A stretch of 64,000 nt of DNA from Oikopleura dioica (Eukaryota > Animalia > Chordata), in the NCBI GenBank assembly GCA_907165135.1, contig OU015567.1, forward strand, positions 13,268,001 through 13,332,000, written 5' to 3'. Both the position numbers and the translations under genes were made by a program. The number at the start of each line of letters is the position of its first letter. The stretch's first letter is position 1. Positions 50,401 through 63,346 of this stretch are shown piece by piece. Below the pieces are notes generated by a model. It did no database searches. It saw only the letters and a list, made by a program, of their open reading frames with translations, and was not told where the DNA came from.

Positions 50401-53400
50401 TTCGGATGAGTTCGAACCGATGGAGTTGGTTGAAGCGTGTGAAGAGGTGGAGAGCTCTTTTGAAAAACCAAAGTATCAACTTCCTGGAGTGAAATTGAAG
50501 GTGGATGTGATACGAACCCGACTGGCTCGGTTAACAGGAGCTACTGAGACGGAAATTGGTCGCATCGTCGAGGAAAAGGTCAACCCGGAAGGAGAAACCG
50601 TGAAAGTCATCCTCACTGACGAATATCTTCAAAAAGATCACGAAAATGTCGAAAATCGAATTTTCAAGTTTTAATGAAAAAATATCTACACTGTGTCATA
50701 TTTTCCAACTTCTGTAGCCTTATATTCTTTACCCCACAACAAAAAAGAGACAATTCTTTATTTCTTTCGGTTGTAAATATACTATTGCGCTTATAGAAAA
50801 CATTAGCTTTCTCGGCATTTTGAAAAGATCAATCTCTTGACTGGAAGATTCGAGCTTGGGAGAAACATGTTCTAGACAAGTCTCGGAGAGACTTGACAAA
50901 AAGCTGCTATCGTGTTAACATAATTCGGAAAACAAGTTTTGGCGTGGACATCCCCACTGCCCTAAGGGTCCTCAAGAGGAATCATCTGCTTTTGATAAAC
51001 TAATGAACAACAACTGTTAGTAGTGGCTTACTTTGTGATAGATTCGGCCCATCTGACCTTCTCCCCAGCCAGACCGCCGATGAGTTTATCAGCTCGGACC
51101 AATCTGTCCTGACACAATTGCGTGTTTCTCTCCAATTCTTCTTTCTTGGCAACGGTCGCATGAAGATCCGCATTGAGCTTGTTCAAACCGGCTTCGACCT
51201 CGGCCAATTTCGCCTGAGCAGATTGAAGAATTTCTTGAGCTTCAGCGAGTTCCGCTTGGGCGCCAGCGAGAGCTTGTCGCTTTGGCTCGACGGCTTTGGC
51301 GACGTGGTGGTACTTGTCCATGGCTCTGACCCACATACAAATCGAGGTACAGGCTTTTGAGGCTTTCGCGATTGCAGCGGGCTGGAAGTCTTCAGATTCG
51401 ATGTACGGGGCGATTTTCGTAATGACATGTTCGGGAATGTTGTCCTTGTCGTATTTGAAAAGAGATTCCAAGAACTTTGGAGGAGCTTGAAGCAGGGCTT
51501 TGCCAGGTTCCCAGTAGTCCGCAACCTTTTTACCAGGCTGCTCTCCCGCCACCATTTTAGGCTTGATCTCGAACATAATACAGACGGCTTCGATGACCAT
51601 TCGCACACCAGGTGGTGGACGCTGCATGGCTCGGACTTCGACGACATCAGATGTATTGAGAGACTAAAAATAATTTTCATAAAGAGGTTTTCAAAGTTGA
51701 AATAGCAGTTCGTGGGAATCATGGAAGACTTACTTTTAGCGATTTAGTGGCGGCTTCAAGAGCTGGCAAAGCTTCATCCAAATCTCTTTGGGCGTCTTCT
51801 GCAATTCTCGAAGCTCTTTCAGCGGCAACTGCCGACTCTTGTTCTTGCACAGCAACAGTTGCTTTTGTCTCGTTTGCAATGATTGTATCTTTTCTATCTG
51901 CACCATCGTCTCAGCCGTCTTTTCCTGAGCAATTTTCAACTCGGGTTGCATTTCTTCGAGCTCGACTTGCATAACTGCGACGTCCTCGGCGGTTTTGAGG
52001 AGTTTGTCGAGACCGACCTTCATTCGATCACGCTGAGTTCGGACCTCATCGATCTTGATTCCGTAGAGTTTGTTGAAAAGGGCGAGAAGATCTAGATATG
52101 CTGTTGGTGTGACGTAGTTATGACGCTGCAGCTCAGCCTTGAATCTTTCAGAAGCTACGGCGACGGATTGATGCATCTGCATGCAAACGTCGATGATTCC
52201 TTTGAGCACATCTTCTGTAACAGGAGTGTCAGCGATGAAAGTGTTTGCGACCGACCGCAAGGCTTCATCGGGCCACTCGGTGAACCAATCGATAGTACAG
52301 CACGTGATCAATGAAGGGAACTGTCGAAGACGCGCTCGGAAGATGTCACCAATTGGAGACATGCATACGACTGTATGCAAATTAGCCTTGACCCGACGTG
52401 TGTAGACGCTGAACATGTTCGATTTTGTAGGGACAAGACCGAGACTAGCGCATTCTGATTTCATTGCATTGTAAATTTTATCTAGCTCATCTTGGGCATA
52501 GATGTTGGGAACATCACCAGAGTTGAGAATACCGTTGATGTCTTCTAAGAATGACTCGTCTTTGATTTGAGTATCTGAGAAGAGGAAGACTGTAGCCTTT
52601 TGTTGAAGACCTGCTTGCATCATTACTTTTTTGATGTCTTCTCGCCATTCGTTGACGCCATAATTTTTAGCGAGCTGAATCTGGAAGCACTCGTAGTCAG
52701 ACAAGTGTGCCGCGAGACGAGTGAGTGATTGTCGACCAGAACCACCGAGACCGAGGAGAAGAGCGTTTCCAAGTGGCTGTCGAATGATTCGACTGATTCT
52801 TGAGACGTGTTGAGCAGCATCCATGAAAAGAACAAGTTTCATTTGCGCTTGGGAAACTTCATTGTAGTCTTCCAAACTCTCTGTCATTACGTTGATCATT
52901 TTCTTGTGATCTTTGACAAATTGATAAGCTCCGTTGTTGCTCACGAAATCTGCGAAGATGACAGGCTTATGAGGAGCAACTTCATTGAAATCGAGGCCAA
53001 ACGAGTCATTGATCTTTCCCTTGAGCTGGTCTTCGAACCAAGTTCGATCCTCGTTGTTGATAAGACGATCAGAGAAGACTCGGCAAGCTTCGTGGAACCA
53101 AAGCTTTGTGAGAACTTGCACATCCTCGATTTCTTTAGGAGCATGCATAAGCATACCTTGGAATACCTTAGCTAGATCTCGAAGATTGAAAGTGTAGTGG
53201 GACTTTGCTGGCGTGGGCAAGAGTGACTTGCAGACTGTTCCATAAACATCAATTGTACTATTGACAAGAGGATCTTTGAATTCAAGAAGGCTTTCTGGAA
53301 GCCAAGAGTCGAGAATTTTACCGAAAATACGGGCCTTTGATTTGTCACCCATTTCTGTAAATGCAAGTTGGTTAAAATGACGAAGAAGTCGAGCGGTGAC

Positions 53401-56400
53401 TGGATTACGTCCACCTCCAGGGGGACCCATAGCACAGACGAATCCAATGTCGACAAGATTTCGGAAAGAGCCAATGGCTTTTCGATCGTACCAACCCTTG
53501 TAGTCCATCCATTGTCGAATAATTTCAATGGGCGGTTGAGCACCATATTCTTCAAGCGCTGGCATATTAAAGTCATCGATGAAAAAGACGGCATATTTAG
53601 AAATCGGTGGGCCAAAGATACCCTTTCGTCGCTTGTCAAGCTTGCTATCTATAAGATCTTGAGTTTGATTTGCGGAAGTCTTTGCGGAGAAGACCACGAC
53701 GTTTGGAATGAATTTGTCAGACATGCCGGTCAGAAGCTTATCAGAAATGACGACGGATTTACCAGTACCGGTGGGACCAACTGCGAGAACTTGTTTGTTG
53801 CAGTTAACAAGTTGACCGAGAATGATTGATTGACGAATTGTGTCGATAGTTGGGACCAAGATTTCTGTAAAGTTTGCGCCTTCAGGAACAGTGTATTCGT
53901 CGACCTTAGTGAGCCATGAAACCCACTCTGGTGTGAAGTCATCTTCTTCATCGTCATCCTTGTCTAAGCCAAGAGAGTCGTCAGCGAGAACAAAGTCGTA
54001 AATCTCCCCATCTTCGGGGAATTGGAATTTCGCGCCTTTCTCAGCCATGAGTTTTCGGAGGAACTCATCAAACTTCGATCTTCCTTCAGAATCAGTGGTT
54101 CCACCAATTGACCAAATGAGTGAAAATATGAACCAAGGCTCAGCAAGAAGATCGAGCCGTTTTCTCGCAACAGGTGAGATTCGCTTCATGCTCGTAGAAC
54201 TTCGAACAGCTGATGTTGTGGATCTTCTCACGGAAACTCGCTTTCCGCCTTCAACGCCCATAGCTGGCATACCAGTTTCTTTTGGTCGCAGTGGCTCAAC
54301 AAAAGTATCGAGCAAATTAAGAAGAGAAAATACCAAGTTTCCATTGACACTGGTCACGATTTCTTTCAGATTGCGTCTGACAAAATCGATACTTGGCTCC
54401 ATGTATGTATCAAACAGATCCTTCAAGCATGCTCGATCGACTCCAGGCGGAAGTTGACTAATCCAGCAGTCTACAAATGGCTCGAGTCCGATTCCACCGG
54501 GCTCGAGGTAAACCATACCACACCGTGATACAGTAGCAGGAGAAGCCACAGCCAAATCAGCGACTTCGAACATCATCGTCATATGTGGAGTCAGTTTGAT
54601 AATTTCACCAGAGGAAAGACAAAGTTTTTTGTTATCATCAAGCACAGTATTCATGTTTTCAATCCAAACAGCGTCGACTGGACCATCGAACATGTACCAT
54701 CTTTTGTCACTGTTAGTTGCGCCGCAGCCCTGGCGAATAAGAGTTGACAAAATACCGTCGGTCCATTCGTGAGTCATCGGATCGAACTCACCATAGAGCT
54801 GACCCATTGTAATTGACTTGGGATTCAAACAATCAATGTGTACTTCTTCGTAGACACCACCTGAGATGGAGTCTTCTCCTTTGAGTGACGTAAGCGCTTT
54901 TGCAAGCACTTGTGAGCATTTTGTCTTTCCAGAAATAGTGGGACCAACCAACATAAGACCGTGTCTAACAACAGTCGTTTCGTAAAGCTGAATGCATTTG
55001 TTGACGAAGCCTTCAACTGGTTTGATCTTGTCCTCGTAACAAGCGTTTTGAATAGCTTCAAGAAGTGAGCCGTAGTCGACTTCTTCCTCCTTGATTCCAG
55101 GGAACAAATCGCTGACAATACCGCGGAAGAGCTTCAAATCATCGAGCAAGAATTTTGGAACGTTAACATCCCGAATAGCTCGGAGACAGATCAACTCTTC
55201 GTTCATCTCTGGGTGTTCTCGTTTCAAGTTACCAGCAGCGGAAATGACCGTTTTGACGGCTCTCATACCGAAATCGTAGTGATCTTGGGACGATAGCTGT
55301 TCGGAAGAAAGCTTGAAAGTAGCGGTGATCTTGTGTGCAAGAACCTTCGCTTCATCGAAACCGAAAGAGTACAGAGAAATCTCAGCAATCATTGTGTAGT
55401 TCGGCACCATCATGGCGACTGGACGGAAGAGAGCCTTGAGATTATCGGGAAGCTCGGTACGACCAGCATAACCAGGGTTCATAGTAATGAAAACGGCGCA
55501 AGAGTTGATCAATCGGATTTCCACACCTTCGAAGATGAATGTCTCAGCATTAGCGATCTGAGCCTTTTGGATCGTCATAACCTGTTGGGCGACGACAGAC
55601 AACACTTCAATGTCGATACGGTTAAACTCATCAAAACAGGCCCAGGCACCAGTAGAAGCAAGACCCTTCAAGAATTTACCCATGGCCATGAAATCGAGCT
55701 GATCGGAACAGTTGAAGACAACACACTGGACAGCGAGCGCTTTTCCAAGATCCTTGGTTGTTTCGGTCTTTCCAGTACCAGCGGGCCCAGCAGGAGCGCC
55801 ACCAAATTTAAGATGGAGAGCACCAGTAAGTGTGAGGTAGCATCGATCAGTAAGAGGAGTGATGACAAGACGGCCAGAATTACCAAGATATTCATAGCCG
55901 TATGGAAACTCGGCATTCACAGCTCTGATGAAGAGTCCTCCATCGTACCAGTAGTAACGAAGCTGTGAGATCCACTCGAAATCATTAACAGATGCGATAT
56001 TTTGTTCGTTCAATTCCAGTGTGACATCTCGAGCGTGCACCTCAATGACGATGAGAGCTGAGAGAATCATTCGCTCAAGCCCGGTAAGTTTTCCTCTGAC
56101 TAGATGAACGAGTCCGGAAAGTGCTCCGTTGTACACTTCACAGAAATCGGACAGTGTTCCAGTTTTGATAGCGTTTTCAACGTCTTGAGCCCAGTAGGTT
56201 TGACATCCGGCAATGACAACTTGGCCAGGCCATTTGAGAACCCACTCGTTTCGATCCATTTGTGGATAAGCTTCAACAGCGATTCGGAGGAATTCACGGA
56301 CAGAAGCGCCCATGACACGCTCCACTTCTGTGAGCCAATCTTCGACATTTCCTCGGGGATAGATTTCTTCAGAGAAAGCAACAGTTTCGCCTTCAGCAGA

Positions 56401-59400
56401 TGTCATTTCAGTCATTCGCAAGTCGTCACCGAATGTGATACGAGCAATGTTTTCGAAACACTTTCGCAAGTGAGGTTGAACAGCCGTTGGATCTTTTGTC
56501 TGTGAGAGAATTTCCAAAAGCTCGTCGTCTGAGAGGAAGAAAAAGCGAGGAAAGCCCATTCGCTTTGTCTCGAGATATTCTGAGAGACCCTTTTGTACTT
56601 GCTCGAGGAGCATGTTGCATTCTTTGAGCTTGTCGCAAAGACGCTGATCAGCACAGATTTCGATGACTTTTGGATTGTCAAACGCATTCTTCATGATTTT
56701 ACGCCATGCTCGGTCCATAGTCTGATATCGCTTTGCTTCAACGGGAAGTTGTCGATTAATGTCGTCAGATGAGAAGATTGGCTCCAAATATAGCCATGAT
56801 CGCTGGCAGGTCAGCCACTCGTCGAGCACATCCTGGGTTGTTCGGAGTGTGAGTTCCCATTTTTGGATTCTTTCTTCAAATGGCTTCTTGAAAGGAGAAA
56901 AATTCATCGACTGGGTCATGACTTAATTAAAAGATATTAATTTCGAGCACGAGGTAGAGTCTAGTAAACGAACCAGATTAAACCAGTTTATTTTGTGGAG
57001 TCATCTGCTCTTGAGTTCAATGTTAGAATTTAGCCATTGAAAACAAGGAAGACTATCGAATTAAAAAAAATATTTAAACTTACCGATATGATCATCGAGT
57101 AGCTGTGAAGCTTCATCTGGTGATTTGATGATGTAAGTACCAGTATCTTTGTAATCGAGGACTTCGAAGAGAATCGGTCTCCATTGCTCCTCCATTTTAT
57201 CGAGTGCCGTTTCAATAGCGTATTCCTTAGCAGCCACTTCTGATACCTTGTTGATTTGCTCAGTATATGTATCGAGCTTCATATCCAAGCACTTCTGGAA
57301 AGTGAGTTCTTTCTTCAGAGAGATCTTGAAGCCGAGCTCTTCTGAAAGCTGCTCCCAATGACGGATTCGCATACCCTGGTTTCTCAGACCTTGAATAAGG
57401 GGGACGTAAGGCTTGAACGCCTCGACGGACTGTTTGAAATTCGAAGCAACATTCAAAACAGCCGGAACATCCTTGAAAGATTTCTGAGCTTTGTGGAAAG
57501 TTCTAAAACATTCATCGACTTGTTTCTCGAGCAATTCAGGGTCAATTCCAGACAAGCTGTCATTAAACCAAGTATCGGACCATCGCGACCAGTCAGAACC
57601 GGCAGACCACAAGTCTTTGAAAGGTTGAAATTGGCGCTGCAATTTTTGAATCTTTGAGTAGTCGGTGACAGGCATTTCGAAAAGACGTTCTCGCGCATTG
57701 TACTTGTTTGCAGATTCTTGACATTCGTTAAGAGACTTGACAGTTCTTCGGACTTCGTTGGCAACTTCGTTAGCTTTTGCTGGATCAGTGTAGGCAGAGA
57801 AACCGGCAACAGCCATCTGCATGCTCTCAAGTTTCTCGTGAAACTCGCCGGTATCTTTCATCTGAATCTTCTTCAGGTCTTGCTCGATCACGTCCAAAGT
57901 GCCATAGGTTGCCTCCAACAGTTTTTCTAATTTACCCGGGAAGAACACAGCTTCCCATCGAACATTAAAGTCGTCTTGTGACAGCGGATAGTAGAATTCT
58001 TCAATCAGATCGTAATCATTGACAGCATCTTGTACTTCAAGTGTGAGCTCTTCCAACTGAGCGGGTACGGTTTCCATGTATTCTCGCATATCGGCCAGAT
58101 CTTCAATCGTCATAGGTTTTTCACCAAGTCTGCGCTGGATGTTCTTGCACAGGTTACAAGCTTCGTCTCCTTGGGTTCGAAGCTTCTGAACAAGCAGCTC
58201 CAAAATTGCATCTCCAAGCTGTTTATGTTTCTTAGCGATATTTTGACGAACACTTTCGACAACAACGAAATAAGGTCCAATAACCAGGTTCGACGGAAGC
58301 TCAGCAAGTACTTTTTTCGACAACGCGAATTGCTCATCAACTGCAGCTTTAATATCTTTGGCACTCATCTCATCGAGATTCAACGTTTGGAGATACTCTG
58401 GAATCTTCAAATTGAAAAACTCCAGGAACTGGTTGAATTCTTTGGCGTAAGCCTTGAGCATATCGAGAGACTCGCCAAGTTTTTCGGTGATCACTTCGCG
58501 CATTTTGATAATGTGTGGTTCGTTCTTTCCAACGCTCTCTAGCAAGGAGTTTCCTTTCCAAAATATTTTGTCGACGACGCCTCGCTCAATATGTGGAACA
58601 GCTTGAGTTCCGTTGATCGCTTGATCGAAGATTTTGATGATTGTTTCGATGACATCATCGTATGGTACTTTGTAGCTGACTTCTTCTTTTCCAAGTTGGA
58701 GTTCCATCAGCAGGAATGGAGCACGCTCAGGAACAAAGTTGGAAATCTTCAGCTCAGGACCCCATTCGAAATCTTGGGGGATATTTTGGATAGGGTCGCA
58801 GCAGTCTGTGATCATTTCGACAAAGTTCGTACAGGACCCTTCGACAAGGTAGCGAAGAGCGTCTTGCATGTTAAATCGAATCACATTTAGTAGCAGGAAC
58901 ATTTTCGATTGAGAGTAAGTGTGGTAGTTATTCTCTTTGAGATTGAACCAGCCCTTGCCCATGTACTGAAGAGCACCACGGACGCCACCTTTAATCGCTG
59001 ATACCCACGGGTCACCAAGATAGAGAGTCGTCGTCGTACAAGAGCTCATTTGGCTCTGCTCGAATTCGTTGATTCTTAGCGGCTTTCCAGTGTTCGTGTT
59101 GAAGAGCTGCATGTCGATGACTTTGTTACACTCTTCTCTCACGCGTCCGAGGGCATCAATGACTTCCGCACGAGTCAACAAAGATGAGAAGTTGAATTCG
59201 TTCTTCGCTTTTTGGAAAAAATATTGCGGCTTTTTCGGAGGGTTCTTTTTCGCTTCAGCAAGTTTTTGCTGATATCTCCAGTGGAGAGCCTCGAACAAGG
59301 CAGGGTTGGAATCTGATTCTGCCTGGTACATGATTGAGTTTTCCGCCCGCTGCATGTTGATCTCAACTTCAAATGCAATCTCGTCGGCATATTCTTCCTC

Positions 59401-60783
59401 GACGTTGCGATGAACAACCTTAATCATTTGATCGTCGAGAATTGGTGCACGTTCTCGTGGCATCGAATCGATGTAGAGCTGCTGTTGGAGCAGTAGCTCA
59501 GTTTTCTCTCGAGCGTGATAGGCTTCTACGAGGCGATTGACGAAGTGCATTGGATTCTCTGCGTGGAAGAGGACCAAGATTCTAAGAAAAATGTGAGTAC
59601 GATTGCCGATAAATGGGGGATTAGTACCTTGGTAGTTCAACTTGACCAACTTCACCGTTTTCTTCGATCGCCACTCTCCAGTCGCCGCTATTTCCCGGAG
59701 AGGCCGAACCCTCAACTAGTTCTAGCGCAGCCCCATCGCGCCAGCCGAGTTCTTCGATGTAGACACGGCAGGGTAGGGGGCGCAGCTCGTTCCACTCCTC
59801 AGGAGTTCTCTCATCCCAGTCGTTATTGTCGAATACTTCAAGCGGTAAGCAAAACTTTTCCAATGCTTCAGGATCAGGATATATTTTTTCGAGGTTTATA
59901 TTGCTAAAAATTGTTCTAGAACAGCTCTTGTTTACTTTTTTGAAGTCAAGGAAGATATTTCGATTACTTTAGGGAGTTATGCAGAGTTAATCCATTTGGA
60001 TTAAGTCGACATTTGGATTAACTCTGTACTTGGATTAACTCTGGATTTGGATTAACTCAAGCCCTATCAGGGACTTACTGTTTTTCTAGTAATGAGTTAA
60101 GTTTTCCTTCTTCAATAGTACCACGACAGTCTCTGTACTGTCTCTTCCGTCTTTCTATAGCCAGTTTTCGCGGCTCCTGCCCAGGTGGAATGTACCAGGG
60201 CGTCTGTACTTTTGGCAGCGAAGATTGCTCTGCAAATTGTGACGGAATCGTTCGGCGAGTGTCTCGCCCGTGGCTTTTCATTTCAGGAATATTATCGACC
60301 TTCGGGGTCTCTCCCTCAGTGGATGATGCCCACTAAATACCTTCTAAGGCCTCTTTTCTTCAAGAAATAAATACCTGTAGGGATTGGTTGAATTCTGGGC
60401 ATTTTGAGTTATCCACAGTCGGAGCGTTTTCGTTGAGTACGTCGGAGAAGTATCCCTTCTGCTTCGGCTCAAAGCCACTCATCGTTTTTGGACGTTCCAC
60501 GGGTTCCCCCTCTTCAAAGGAATTCGTGGGTGCGTCCTGCAGTCTGAAAACGGGACAACTGATCTTACCAAAAATAATTGTCTTATCTTGGCGACGCTCT
60601 AGAAACTTTTCATTTTTTGAAAAATGTGATTCAAAAAAAGATAAAAACAAGCGCGTTCAAGCAAAAAATCGATAAATACGTATTTACGAAAGCAACAACA
60701 CAACAACATCACATAAAATTTTCAGTACAGTTAAACATCCTCAATTTCTCTGTAAACCAAATTTAAGACCCTGATGTACTCAT
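44432..60783 (-). CDS. DNAH1: Axonemal inner-arm dynein heavy chain 1 (complete, about 4000 aa)
   Basis: P-loops GPAGTGKTET, GPTISGKT, GPTGTGKS, GLGGSGRQS; stalk and MTBD; DNAH1-type N-terminus PKVQTPW.IPPGQEPRKLAIERRKRQY and PLEVFDNNDWDERTPEEW; C-terminus HWIRRATALMCSLDY*. Start MSTSG at 60783. Confidence 0.95.
45240..45490. other. GC-rich multi-hairpin element inside a DNAH1 intron (candidate ncRNA or TE remnant)
   Basis: Not dynein coding, because the flanking exons join as AIKG|LVVMSDAL. Hairpins at 45278-45289, 45324-45357 and 45462-45477. Confidence 0.35.
48643..48810. mobile_element. Tc1/mariner-type MITE, 168 bp, in the large DNAH1 intron
   Basis: Perfect 24-bp TIR CAGCCGGAGTCCAAAATAAGGGAC (48643-66 and 48787-810) flanked by TA on both sides. 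Confidence 0.92.
49520..50674 (+). CDS. Nested antisense gene: TFCP2/LSF-like SAM domain plus C-terminal domain (start unresolved)
   Basis: GT-AG intron 49828-50191 joins KTDVQVFLTNRRFEEHL|EVFRNCNGSTLLKLPRKFIIDKCGVADGIRLYNIL, similar to the TFCP2 SAM as recalled (EAQQWLHRNRF..FTRLFTNFSGADLLKL....ICGPADGIRLFNAL). C-terminal VKVILTDEYLQ resembles TFCP2 IHVLISDEMIQ. Confidence 0.75.
59984..60058. repeat. Short tandem array of TGGATTAACTC (about 17-bp period) with one inverted copy, in a DNAH1 intron
   Basis: Copies at 60014, 60031 and 60048, a variant at 59997 and the inverted copy GAGTTAATCCA at 59984. Confidence 0.8.
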
Positions 60784-60805
60784 TGCGTGCCCTGCTCTCC
60801 TTTCG

Positions 60806-60819
60806 ATAACCATGGCAAC
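60806..60819. promoter_or_regulatory. RFX X-box upstream of DNAH1
   Basis: ATAACCATGGCAAC (13/14 match to GTHNYY-AT-RRNAAC) about 23 bp upstream of the inferred DNAH1 ATG. X-boxes are typical of ciliary gene promoters. Confidence 0.75.
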
Positions 60820-60893
60820 GAGGGAAAATTGAAATCAAGGAAGAGAAACTGAGACAATAAAAATCATTAGCGCGTAGAAAATCAGTTCATTTA

Positions 60894-61184
60894 TTGGCTC
60901 AGCTTTTAAATATTTTTTGTGTTTTTCAATATTTTATTCTTGATATTTTGTGCCGTCAAGAAGAAACAATTTTCGTGACAATTTTTGTACAGTGGAATGA
61001 GAAAATATATGATACTAAGGATCTGCCCGTATCGGTAAAGGAAACGACATTGAAGAAATGCGAATGTGATTTTAAAAGCTTTAATTTTGAAATCTACGGA
61101 AGAAAAGGTTCAAGTGAAGGCTTCGGTAACCAAAAAGATAAATCGGTCCTGGCTTTTAGAATTCAAGAAAGTAAAGTTCAGTAG
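60894..61184 (+). CDS. Possible small divergent ORF of unknown function
   Basis: 96-codon open frame with a non-ATG start and no recognisable motif. Confidence 0.2.
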   Translation: MAQLLNIFCVFQYFILDILCRQEETIFVTIFVQWNEKIYDTKDLPVSVKETTLKKCECDFKSFNFEIYGRKGSSEGFGNQKDKSVLAFRIQESKVQ

Positions 61185-61257
61185 AAACGTGAAAGTATTA
61201 ACAGTAGAAAAGTAAGTTGGAGCAAGTGGGTGGCGGGAGTTACAGAATCAACAAGAC

Positions 61258-63346
61258 CTATTCCACAGTTTGGATGATTGGGATGTCGTCTGGGTCGGTT
61301 TCAAGGATGTGTTTTTCATCTGTCGGCTCGGCGGGTGTATCATCCACGATGTTGTTCATTTCCTCGACGGTTCTTTTAAGCTTCATGAATTCGAACTTCT
61401 CGCGTTCGAGAGCAATCCTCTCTCGTTGAAGCCTGTTGCTTTCTTCGGAGATTTTATTCCGTTCCGTCAAGAGCCGTTCCATTCGATTGTTGTGCTCGCG
61501 CATTTCTCTGTGCCACGAGTCCATCATGCAGCCGATCTTCAGAAGAATCTTCTCAACGGCAGTTTGCGGCGCTGAAGGAGGAGTTGAGTTACGGACTGTA
61601 GCTTGAGTATCCGAAAGATGAGGAATCCCAGAGAGTGCTTTTTTAACCGGAGGCGAGAGGGTTACATCAGTCTTGGTCGAGACGAGCTTCACTTTTTTGT
61701 TTTCAGCGTTTTGATCACCTACAAGATAGTTATATATTGATTGAATTTTCTTGTTTTTTGCTTGATCTTCTATTTTTCTTTTGCTATTTTTAGGCATATT
61801 TGATACAAATGATATAACAAATCCTTCTCGTCTGTATTTATATTAAAAGTTACGTAAGAATTTATATAACTGAGTTTATAGCTTCATGTGAAGGCTTCAA
61901 TGTGAAGCTTTTACCCGTCAATAGTTACATCAACGGATAATTATTTTCAGGAGGTTACGTTAATGCTACTAGCCTTTCTTTTTTGACTTTTCCTTGGTCT
62001 TCCAGGGCTGCCAAATTTTCATCTTATTATTTAAATCGCTGGTGGACATAAATACGCACATCATTCATAGGAATTTCTTTTATGCCTTCTGTTATATAAA
62101 ATTTAATGCAATAATGACTGACATTGTTTTTAATTGCTGTTATATAATCATTTATATAACATTTGTAATAATAAGATGCATTCACGGATGAATTGGCAAG
62201 TTAAATTACCTATGTATTTGCTGATTTGGGCCAGGAGTTCTTCTGTACGGAGTTTTACCGCGTTGTTTCCGCCAACAACAATAGGAATGACATTCTCTGT
62301 GATGCCTTGGCCGGATTCTGAGGGAGGCTCACTTTTCGTCTCCGGAGATTCTGAAAATAAATAAGTTGAGAAAAACAAGGTTCTTCTTGTTTACCGTCAT
62401 GAAGATGAGTTGGCGAGGTGTAGCTAGAATCAGGGCTCTCCATCGCTCTTTCATCACAATCTTCATTCACGAGAATTTCCTCGATGCCGATTTCGGGCTC
62501 TCTCTCCGTTTTGACGTTGGGATTTGTTGGACTCGGGCTTGCTGGATTGACGTGCATTACGTTTTCTGCAACGGCAAGATTCGGGATCAAACCGGGAACG
62601 ATAGACAACCCTGCTTCGCTGATAAATTGCGAAGGACCAGTGACGACTTTTGTTGATTCTTGAAGAACTGTTGAGGAGAGGTCTTCGATTTCTTTGAATT
62701 GGTTCTGAAACATTTCATTATACTCATAGAAGGAAAAAAATGCATACCTTATAGCTGAATTTGCGAGAGTCCTTCTGCTTGGAAATGTGATAGACCTTCT
62801 TGAGATTTCGGTACTTTTGCGCGCAGAGTTGATGCGTAATCGTCACTGTTTTCAGCCACTCGCTTCTTGCATCTCCCTAAAAAATAAATGAACGGGGATA
62901 AGAAAAAGTTGCTTTCTACCTTGTTGATGATGTCGGCGACGATTCTCTTTAGAATTTCTATCAAGTCAAGCCAGTCTTCTTTGAAAAGCGTGAGATTTGG
63001 CTTTCGCTTCGCCGCTAGAAAATTTTGGAATTATTCAAGTGAAAAGTTTCAAGAGCCAGCTCCCCAAAAATAAGGGAGCGTGACCCCTTATTTTCTTTCG
63101 GAGACACCAAGACTTACTGATATCGTCGATAAACTTGCGCCTTGTTCTCTGAACGCAGAATTCGACGAGTGAGCTCTCGAGAATGCCCCCCTGGACTCTC
63201 CAAATCTCTCTGTTATAGTTCGAGTACGATCTCGAAGCGCTCTTTTCCGTTTTCACCGCGCTTTCAGCCGGCTCCTCGCTGCCTTGGCTTTGGCCCTGAG
63301 AAGATATTTGATTCATCAACGCGTTGAGCTCGACGCCGGACATCAT
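61258..63346 (-). CDS. Trihelix Myb/SANT-like (MSANTD-type) protein with a C-terminal coiled coil
   Basis: KRKPNLTLFKEDWLDLIEIL...|GDARSEWLKTVTITHQLCAQKYRNLKKVY (QCxxKxxNLKKxY-like), acidic/Pro linker, then in-phase splice I|GDQN to RLQRERIALEREKFEFMKLKR. Confidence 0.6.

Noticed and set aside
44739-59907. Many long plus-strand and alternate-frame ORFs overlapping DNAH1 (e.g. 46097-46684, 55333-55968, 58030-58542)
   Set aside because: Antisense or shadow frames of a highly conserved coding sequence, with no motifs.
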